Position numbers and translations under genes: made by a program. This document shows, in pieces, positions 1 through 6,905 of a DNA stretch of 12,138 nt; the stretch's first letter is position 1, and the number at the start of each line of letters is the position of its first letter. Where the stretch lies: assembly GCA_037381445.1 (NCBI GenBank), contig JARRQT010000084.1:1-12138 (forward strand), given 5' to 3'. Source of the DNA: Calditrichia bacterium. GTDB taxonomy: Bacteria > Calditrichota > Calditrichia > RBG-13-44-9. The notes below the pieces were generated by a model, which was not told the DNA's origin, did no database searches, and saw nothing but the letters and a program-made list of their open reading frames with translations.

Positions 1-477
1 TTATGTCGTCCTATCGGTATTATTAACACTCCTTTTAAAGAGCCGGCCGGCACTCCTATTCAGCCTGCCGCCGGCAAGGGAGTTAAAGGAACGGTATTCG
101 TTTTTCCGGAGTATCGTGAGGGGCTGCGGGATCTCGAAGGTTTTTCCCATATTATTCTGCTGTATCATTTTCATATGAATCATAAAGAAATGCTGATGGT
201 AACACCCTATCTGGACAGCCGGCTGCGGGGTGTGTTTGCCACCCGGGCGCCGGTGCGCCCCAATCATATCGGTCTGTCGGTAGTACGTCTTATGGCGATC
301 GAAGAGGGAGTGCTCCATATTCAGGATTTGGATATGGTGGATGGAACGCCGCTGCTTGATATCAAACCCTACGTACCTGAATTCGACCACCGCGGGAATA
401 TCAGAATCGGCTGGCTGGAAAAGAATGTTCCCAGATTACCTGACACCAAAAGCGATGACAGATTTAAGAAAGAGTAA
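1..477 (+). CDS. tsaA: tRNA (N6-threonylcarbamoyladenosine(37)-N6)-methyltransferase TrmO/TsaA (YaeB/UPF0066 family), start lies outside the window
   Basis: Frame 1 is open from base 1 (LCRPIGIINTPFKEPAGTPIQP...YREGLRDLEGFSHIILLYHFH) into the listed 175..477 ORF. Family motifs GVFATRAPVRPNHIGLSVVRL and LDMVDGTPLLDIKPY are present. Stop TAA at 475-477. Confidence 0.93.
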   Translation, partial: LCRPIGIINTPFKEPAGTPIQPAAGKGVKGTVFVFPEYREGLRDLEGFSHIILLYHFHMNHKEMLMVTPYLDSRLRGVFATRAPVRPNHIGLSVVRLMAIEEGVLHIQDLDMVDGTPLLDIKPYVPEFDHRGNIRIGWLEKNVPRLPDTKSDDRFKKE

Positions 478-871
478 GGCAGAGAAATAAGCCGGATAAA
501 TTTGGTTTAAAATTAAAGCTTTGGATGAAAATGGATTTAATGTGCCGGCATCTTCCGGCCGAATATCCAAAATCTTATGCAATGAATTACCCGAATTAAA
601 TTAAGATTATATCAAAAATTGGCTGATGTCCTGCAGATTGTTGGTTGGGCCGCCGTTCCGGTCCGCCTCGATGCTCCCCGGAAATCAAAATCATGGAAGG
701 TTGAGATTGTCCGTCGCGATAGAATTATCAAATTTTTTTCCGAAATTGCATCCTCCAAATTAAATGCCTACCTTGATCACAAATTGACGTTGGCACACCA
801 TTCGTTGCGCATTACCAATCATTGCGCGGCATTTAACCGGCAAGTCAATTAAATAGGGAAGTTTAAATCTT

Positions 872-1741
872 ATGGATTCCAAAAAAATTATTATTGAAGC
901 GGGCGTATCCCAAAAAATTATTGATGACGTTCAATTTCTGCACAAAACCATTTGGGGCCTGGACGAGCTGGAGATGACGCCCTCCCATATCTATATTGCC
1001 GCCCGGCACTGCGGCGGTGAAATATTGTGCGCATATCATGAGGGGAAACCGGTTGGTTTTGTCTTTGGTTTCCCGGGGATTGATGAGAACGGAAATTCCT
1101 ATTTCTACAGCCATAATCTGGGGGTAGTGAAGGAATTCCGGAATCAGGGAATCGGTTTTATGCTCAAAACCCGGCTCCGCCACAATTTGCTGGAAGCGGG
1201 CTATAAGCGGGTCAAATGGACCTATGAGCCGCTGGATTCTAAAAACGCCTATTCCTACATCAGGAAATTAGGGGCCATTTCCAATACCTATTTCGAAAAT
1301 TATTACGGAGATATGCGGGATGCCATCAACAGGGAACTGCCCAGCGACCGTCTGATAATGGATTGGCGGATTGCCAGTGTGCATGTTCAGAAGGTGGTGA
1401 ATAAGGAATTTCCGAAATTATCACTGGGTGATATCGAAAAAGATGCGCTCCTGAATTCGCTGAAAGCCGGCGGCGCTTCCTCTCCCGAGCCCCTTGACCG
1501 GGACATCGATATTGCCGCACTTCTCAAACGGGGCCGGCAGCGGTTTTATCTGGAAATCCCCGCCAATTATCATGAAATAAAGAAAGCTTCCTTTGATCTG
1601 GCGCTGGACTGGCGTCTCCATGTGAGAGAAATGATGAAGCGATGTTTCGAACAGGACCTGTATATCACAAATGTTATTTTTGAAAAACAGCGTTTCCTGT
1701 ACGTTCTGGAACCGATAAATCAACTTACCATGATGGGATAA
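872..1741 (+). CDS. GNAT-family acyltransferase, COG3375-like (family of D-amino-acid N-succinyltransferases usually linked to NSAR/OSBS), 289 aa
   Basis: Acyl-CoA-binding motif A (SHNLGVVKEFRNQGIGFMLK) and family motifs WTYEPLDSKNAYSYIRKLGA, ENYYGDMRDAIN, LPSDRLIMDW, LEIPANY and ALDWRLHVRE. Purine-rich SD-like AGGGAAG at 855-861. Confidence 0.85.
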   Translation: MDSKKIIIEAGVSQKIIDDVQFLHKTIWGLDELEMTPSHIYIAARHCGGEILCAYHEGKPVGFVFGFPGIDENGNSYFYSHNLGVVKEFRNQGIGFMLKTRLRHNLLEAGYKRVKWTYEPLDSKNAYSYIRKLGAISNTYFENYYGDMRDAINRELPSDRLIMDWRIASVHVQKVVNKEFPKLSLGDIEKDALLNSLKAGGASSPEPLDRDIDIAALLKRGRQRFYLEIPANYHEIKKASFDLALDWRLHVREMMKRCFEQDLYITNVIFEKQRFLYVLEPINQLTMMG

Positions 1742-1745
1742 CCCG

Positions 1746-2459
1746 ATGCAGAAGAAACAATCTTATCTCCTGGCTGCAATTGTACTGATTATTTTATTCG
1801 TATTTGTGCTTCCTGAGCTGACGCCCCGCAGTTTTGACAAACTCATTCTGCTGTATGCCCGCAAGGATGATGTCGCTGCGGACATATCCGAAGCCCGGGA
1901 ACAGCTGGAGCCCGTTAAATATATCTTCAAGCTGGATATTTATCTGGAGCTTTTCTCCAAAATTGTCGGGGCCTTCAGTTTGCTTGGTATCCTTTACCAA
2001 TTCAAAAGAGACAAAAGCATTAACGAAGCCGAGTTTGTTCTGGATATTAACAATAATTTTATTACCAATGAAAAGATCATGGCCATTTATAAACGGCTTG
2101 AAGAATCCAAGAATGAGAATCAGCAGACAAATCCGTTTACACAGGATGACATTGTTGATTTGGCGAATTACCTCTCATTTTTTGAACCTTTTTATGGCCT
2201 CATTACCCAGAAGGTGGTCGATTTCTCTTCTGTAGATCAGTTGGCCTACCGGTTCTTCCTGGCCACCAATAACCGTTTTGTCCAGGAAATGCTGCTTTGC
2301 CGGGAAGGGAAGGAGATTGCCTGGAAAGACCTCTATAAGCTGCATTACCGCTGGAAGCAATATCGCTCCCATAAGAACCATTTTGAGGTCTGGCAGAAGG
2401 AGCATGATCTTTCAAACTGCCCCAAATATCAGAGTATTATTTTGGATAAGCACGCCTGA
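1746..2459 (+). CDS. Hypothetical membrane-anchored protein with a DUF4760-like helical domain, 237 aa
   Basis: N-terminal hydrophobic helix (LLAAIVLIILFVFVL) and a second apolar segment (LFSKIVGAFSLLGILYQF). These are followed by NYLSFFE...ITQKVVD...LAYRFFLATNN, which resembles DUF4760-type proteins (recalled pattern, not searched). Starts 4 nt after the GNAT stop. Confidence 0.65.
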   Translation: MQKKQSYLLAAIVLIILFVFVLPELTPRSFDKLILLYARKDDVAADISEAREQLEPVKYIFKLDIYLELFSKIVGAFSLLGILYQFKRDKSINEAEFVLDINNNFITNEKIMAIYKRLEESKNENQQTNPFTQDDIVDLANYLSFFEPFYGLITQKVVDFSSVDQLAYRFFLATNNRFVQEMLLCREGKEIAWKDLYKLHYRWKQYRSHKNHFEVWQKEHDLSNCPKYQSIILDKHA

Positions 2460-2494
2460 TAATTTTTGAGATATGCCGGGATAATCCAAAGAAG

Positions 2495-2519
2495 GGTCCG
2501 GCGGTTCAGCAGCCGGATT
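2495..2519. terminator. Possible terminator hairpin between convergent genes
   Basis: Stem TCCGGC (2497-2502) / GCCGGA (2512-2517), extendable with G-U pairs, in the 87-bp gap between convergent stops. Only a weak U-tract. Confidence 0.3.
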
Positions 2520-2546
2520 ACATCCCTCTCCCAATTAGAAAAAAGC

Positions 2547-5500
2547 CTATTTTACCGGTTTCTTCAGCGGAATTTCCACGGCAACGATGGTGCCCCTGCC
2601 GGGCTTTCCGCTGATGTCCGCCTTGCCGCCCAGGGCAATGCTCCGCTCCCGGATGCCGACCAGTCCCAATGAACGGGATTTCTCAATATCCTCCGCTGTG
2701 ATTCCTCTTCCGTTATCTTTTATGCGGAGGTTAAAGCGGTTTTTCCGTTTTTTTATGATAACATCCACCCGATTGGCCCCGGCATGGCGCGCCACATTGG
2801 TGAGCGATTCCTGAAAAATGCGGAAGACGGCGATTGACTGCTCTTTGTCAAATGCGATGTCCTCCGGCGGGGCGGACAGGCGGCATTGGATGCCGGTACG
2901 ATTCGAAAATTCCTTAGCATGCCACTCGATGGCACCGATCAATCCGGCATCATCCAGCAGGGTGGGGCGAAGCTGGGTGGCGATACGCCGCACGGTTTTA
3001 ATGGTAGCGTCTATCATGTCCAGCATAAAGTGCATTTTATCCTTCAATCTCTGCTCAGCCTGCAGGCAGTCCAGTTTTTCCAGCTTGCTTTTCATCCAGT
3101 AGAGGTCAATTTTCATACCGGTGAGCTGCTGGCCCAGTTCATCGTGAATTTCCTGCGCAATAAATTTCCTTTCTTCCTCCCGCACGGTCAGCAGGCTCAT
3201 GGAAAGTTTGCGCAGATCTTCTTCGGATTTTTTAAGTCGGGATTCCGCTTCTTTGCGCTGTGAAATATCCCTTATAATTGCGGTAATTAAAAGATCATTT
3301 TCGCTTTGTAAGGGGCTGAGGCTCATCTCCACCGGAAAAACAGTGCCATCCTTTCGTATGCTGACAAGTTCTCTGCCATTCCCCAGAAACATAACCTGCG
3401 GATTTTTCAGATAGTTACTCTGGTGCCTGCTGTGCCTGCGGTGCAGCATATCGGGCACGAAACTGTTGGCCGTTTGTCCAATCATCTCTTCCTGGCGGTA
3501 GCCGAACATTTTCTCTGCCTGGGCATTCATGAGCAGCAGACGGCCCTCGCCATCAAAAATCATGATGCCGTCCGGGGCGGATTCCAGCAGTCCGCGGTAG
3601 CGTGCTTCACTTAGCTGCAGCGCGCGTTCCGCTTTTTTACGGGCGGTGATATCCACCAGGGAAACCAGTACCTTTGAAAAATCCTCCTCGTGTCCCGGTA
3701 CAACCTGCCAGTTGATGAGCACATTCAGCGGAGTTCCGGATGATGTTCTGATGGTTCCTTCCAGTTCCAGGTGCGATTTCTTTCCGTAGATTCCGGTAAA
3801 TTCCCCGATGAAGGAAGCATATTCTTCCGGAGAGATGTATTCATTCACCCCGGAGAGAATCAACTGCTTGTCTTCAATTTCCAGCAATTTGAGAAGCGCC
3901 TGGTTGACATCCGTTATCCTGATGAGCGAGATCATTTCATCCACTATGCGGGGATTTTCCTCAAGATATTTCTCCACGTCTTCCATGTTCGCGGTGGACA
4001 GCCTGTCCATATATTCCTTCACTCGTGAAAAATCTTCTTCCGCCAGCGGCACCGGTGAATCTTCAAAAAGGGTGTGATAGCGCTTTTCGCTTTCCTGCAG
4101 GGCCTGTTCCGCCTGTCGGTGTTCGGCGCGGGTCCGCAAAGCGCTGATTCCGTATGACAAATCATCCGCCATTTCAATGAGTAGGTCGATTTCCTCCTGA
4201 TCGAAAGCATTGACCTCCGTGGCATAGATATTCAGATTGCCGAGGACCTCATCGTTCAGGAAAAGCGGAAGGGAAATTGTTGCGGCAAATCCACGCCGCA
4301 AAGCCGCCTCCCGCCAGGGCGCGAAATTGGGATCGACGAGAAGATTCTGACTGATCACCGGCTGTCCGGTGCGAATAGATGTCCCCGCCGGACCGCGCCC
4401 CCTCTCGCTGTCGGCCCAGGTCAAACGGAGGGTTTCCAGATAACCGCTTTCAAAGCCCACTTGTGCCACCGGACGGATACTTCGCTGCGCATCATGCTCG
4501 GCGAAGCCCACCCAGGCCAGCCGGTAGCCTCCCACTTCAATGATGACCTTGCACAGATAATCCAGCAATTCCTGTTCATCAAAGATGCGCACCAGTGCCT
4601 GGTTGAATTCGCTGATGGTGCGCAGCGCCCGGTTGGCTTTCCGCAAGGCTTCTTCGTACATCTTCCGGTCGGATATATCGATGAATGAACCCAGAATGGA
4701 AATGATTTTGCCATTTTTGTTCTTCACAACACTGGTCGTCAGTAGGGCATCGAATACAGACTTGTTTTTCCGTCTGGCTTTGAGCTCGCCTTTCCAGTAT
4801 CCCTGGCTTTTCAATATTTCGATAACCCCAAGCGCCTGTTCGGGATTGGCCCAGAATCCGGTGCTGTCCCTTCCCAATACTTCATCGGGAGAATCGTATC
4901 CCCAGATTTCCAGAAAAGCCGGATTGACGTAGCTGAGATTCCCCTGCAGGTCTGCCAGGGCGATGGCGTTCAGCGAAGATTCAACGGCGCTGTCTTTAAC
5001 CTGAAGGTCTTCTTCAGCCTTTTTCCGCCCGATGGCCGTGGCCAGCACATTGGCGACCGAGAGCAGGAAGTTGACGTCATCGCGACTGAACCTGCGCTCT
5101 TTACGGTGATAGACTCCCAGCACTCCGTAAGGCGTATCCGGTCCCGCGATTGCTACGCTGAGAAAACTCATAATCCGGTGGTCTTTCATCAGCCTGTCAT
5201 CCTTGAAACGCTCTTCTGTCTGCAGATTTTCCGCCAGGACCGGCATGGCGGATCTGAATGTAAAGGCGACCTGGGAATTTCCATCAGCAGGCTGAAGTGA
5301 AGTTTCCGTCCAGCCGACTCCCTTTCTGAACTGAAGAGCATTTTCCTGCGGCAGGTATTCCCATGTATTGCAGGTGTCCACGTTCATGATGTCAGATACC
5401 ATATAGGAGATCTCTTCCATCAAATGCTCTATTTCCCCGCCTTCCAGCGCTTTCTGACCCAGCTCGGCCACCAGTGCCTGCTGCTCCGCCCTTATTTGAA

Positions 5501-6539
5501 GCGTTCCTTCGGTTTCCCTCTTCTCTGTCAGGTCGCGCGTTAGTTTGGCGTACCCGGTCAAATTATCGCGGCTGTCGCGCAAAGGCGTGATCAGCACGCT
5601 GGCCCAGAATCTGGAGCCGTCTTTGCGCAGCCGCCAGCCTTCTTCTTCAAAACTTCCGCTTTCGGCCGCCTTTTTCAAAGCGTATTCCGGTTTGCCGGTC
5701 TCAATATCCTCAGCGGTATAGAAACGGGAGAAGTGCTGCCCGGCGATTTCCGCTTCCCGGAAACCTTTCAAATGTTCAGCGCCGTCATTCCATCCCACTA
5801 CCTTTCCGGCTTTATCCAGCAGGAAAAGAGCATAGTCCTTTGCGCCGTTTACCAGCAGATGAAATTTCTCGTTCGCCTCGCGAAGTTCCGCGATATTCTT
5901 TTTTCTTTCATTGACCCGCAAAGTAAACAGGATGAAAGCAAATATGAAGAGGATAAGACTGAAGGCGGTTGCCGCTCCATCCTGGACATTTTCACCATAG
6001 GCAATTGAGTGGGACTGCTGCAGATTTCTCGCCAGGAACTCCTTCTCATTGCTTTGCACGCGAGCCACAACCGCCCGCACGCTGTCCATGATCATTTTGC
6101 CTTGGTCGGTCAGTATCATCGCCCGCGCCGCATTAAAACCGCCTGTTCTGCGGATATCAATCACTTTTCTCTGGAAAGCCAATTTCCGGGCAGCCAGGGC
6201 GTCCAGCGTATCGATTGTGCGGCTGTTGATCATCGATTCCTCGCTGTACGACTGCAGCCGTTTGAACTCCCGGTCGATTGCCGCGACCGCATTTTGGTAG
6301 GGCAGCAGATACTCATCCTCACCGGTTAAAACATATCCCCGGACGCCGGTTTCCGTGTCCTGGAGGTCCGAAAGAATGGATTTCAGGGAAAGCAGAAAAT
6401 CATATTTATCATCAGTTCTCTGCACCGAATTGGCCAGCGTAAAATTGGTGCGGTAGGACATGAAGGAACTGGCTGTGATAATCACCAGCGCCAGAATAAA
6501 CACAAAAAATATGATATGATTAAGCTTGATCCGGTTCAT
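2547..6539 (-). CDS. Multi-sensor histidine kinase: TM-CHASE3-TM-PAS-GAF-PAS-GAF-PAS-PAS-HisKA_3-HATPase_c (NarX/UhpB/NreB class), 1330 aa
   Basis: CHASE3 motifs DTETGVRGYVLTGEDEYLLPY and GKMIMDSVR between two TM helices. Four PAS/PAC units (e.g. GWRLRKDGSRFWA...TRDLTE, RKDGTVFPVEMS...RDISQRK). Two GAF domains (FSRDDVNFLLSVANVLA; FDQEEIDLLIEMADDL). H-box ERKFIAQEIHDELGQ, N-box FRIFQESLTNVARHA, G-boxes DNGRG and SLGLVGIRER. Confidence 0.95.
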   Translation of the reverse strand: MNRIKLNHIIFFVFILALVIITASSFMSYRTNFTLANSVQRTDDKYDFLLSLKSILSDLQDTETGVRGYVLTGEDEYLLPYQNAVAAIDREFKRLQSYSEESMINSRTIDTLDALAARKLAFQRKVIDIRRTGGFNAARAMILTDQGKMIMDSVRAVVARVQSNEKEFLARNLQQSHSIAYGENVQDGAATAFSLILFIFAFILFTLRVNERKKNIAELREANEKFHLLVNGAKDYALFLLDKAGKVVGWNDGAEHLKGFREAEIAGQHFSRFYTAEDIETGKPEYALKKAAESGSFEEEGWRLRKDGSRFWASVLITPLRDSRDNLTGYAKLTRDLTEKRETEGTLQIRAEQQALVAELGQKALEGGEIEHLMEEISYMVSDIMNVDTCNTWEYLPQENALQFRKGVGWTETSLQPADGNSQVAFTFRSAMPVLAENLQTEERFKDDRLMKDHRIMSFLSVAIAGPDTPYGVLGVYHRKERRFSRDDVNFLLSVANVLATAIGRKKAEEDLQVKDSAVESSLNAIALADLQGNLSYVNPAFLEIWGYDSPDEVLGRDSTGFWANPEQALGVIEILKSQGYWKGELKARRKNKSVFDALLTTSVVKNKNGKIISILGSFIDISDRKMYEEALRKANRALRTISEFNQALVRIFDEQELLDYLCKVIIEVGGYRLAWVGFAEHDAQRSIRPVAQVGFESGYLETLRLTWADSERGRGPAGTSIRTGQPVISQNLLVDPNFAPWREAALRRGFAATISLPLFLNDEVLGNLNIYATEVNAFDQEEIDLLIEMADDLSYGISALRTRAEHRQAEQALQESEKRYHTLFEDSPVPLAEEDFSRVKEYMDRLSTANMEDVEKYLEENPRIVDEMISLIRITDVNQALLKLLEIEDKQLILSGVNEYISPEEYASFIGEFTGIYGKKSHLELEGTIRTSSGTPLNVLINWQVVPGHEEDFSKVLVSLVDITARKKAERALQLSEARYRGLLESAPDGIMIFDGEGRLLLMNAQAEKMFGYRQEEMIGQTANSFVPDMLHRRHSRHQSNYLKNPQVMFLGNGRELVSIRKDGTVFPVEMSLSPLQSENDLLITAIIRDISQRKEAESRLKKSEEDLRKLSMSLLTVREEERKFIAQEIHDELGQQLTGMKIDLYWMKSKLEKLDCLQAEQRLKDKMHFMLDMIDATIKTVRRIATQLRPTLLDDAGLIGAIEWHAKEFSNRTGIQCRLSAPPEDIAFDKEQSIAVFRIFQESLTNVARHAGANRVDVIIKKRKNRFNLRIKDNGRGITAEDIEKSRSLGLVGIRERSIALGGKADISGKPGRGTIVAVEIPLKKPVK

Positions 6540-6841
6540 GATAATCCCCAGCTAATATTCTGTCTTTGCAATATAATTATTTGTCAGGCTGTAATATAAG
6601 CAGAAAAAAGTTATTTTTTCCGCTGGTGCGCTGATGATGTGAACATTTCAGTATTTTGGGAACGGAGCGTTGGCATAGGTGCCACGGCTCGGGAGCATTG
6701 GAGTGACAGAATATTGTTCAGCCGGTATCCCCGGCATTAACCGCACGCTACCTGCGGCCGTGAGTCGTCCGGGGGCGGTGCCTGTCTATGAACACGAGCC
6801 GAGGACATTTGGCAAGGTGAGGCCAAAGAGGCCATTTCCGG

Positions 6842-6881
6842 AACAAAACCGGCCATCCGTAGAATGGACAGATGGCCAGCT
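6842..6881 (-). terminator. Rho-independent terminator of the beta-helix/T9SS operon
   Basis: On the - strand: CTGGCCATCTGT-ccattct-ACGGATGGCCGG (12-bp stem including G-U pairs) followed by TTTTGTT, about 25 nt after the stop at 6906. Confidence 0.75.
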
Positions 6882-6905
6882 GATGGGGATGATGTTAACA
6901 ATAAT

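Noticed and set aside
1..390. 129-aa - strand ORF
   Set aside because: Antisense shadow of tsaA, whose + frame carries the family motifs.
543..558. Recurrent GCCGG..CCGGC mini-hairpins as a REP family
   Set aside because: Only 5-bp arms with unrelated loops, and CCGG is frequent throughout the coding sequence too.
791..808. Sigma54-like TGGCAC...TTGC
   Set aside because: GG-to-GC spacing is 13 nt rather than the obligatory 10. Similar motifs at 10928-10964 have spacings of 11 and 12.
782..850. Integron attC interpretation of the inverted repeat
   Set aside because: The ends read GAC/GTC rather than the conserved AAC/GTT, and there is no integrase or cassette array.
619..852. 77-aa + ORF in the intergenic region
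   Set aside because: TTG start without an SD and no recognisable motifs. It overlaps the probable GNAT promoter region.
872..1741. GNAT toxin (AtaT/TacT type) of a toxin-antitoxin pair
   Set aside because: The protein is too long, has COG3375 motifs, and has no upstream RHH antitoxin.
2466..6329. Numerous short alternative-frame and antisense ORFs over the kinase
   Set aside because: Shadows of the 1330-aa kinase with no independent motifs.
6655..6815. Cobalamin riboswitch-like words (GGGAA, GCCACGG, GAGCCGAGGAC)
   Set aside because: The core CCCGCxACTGT element is absent, and on that strand there is no downstream gene to regulate.
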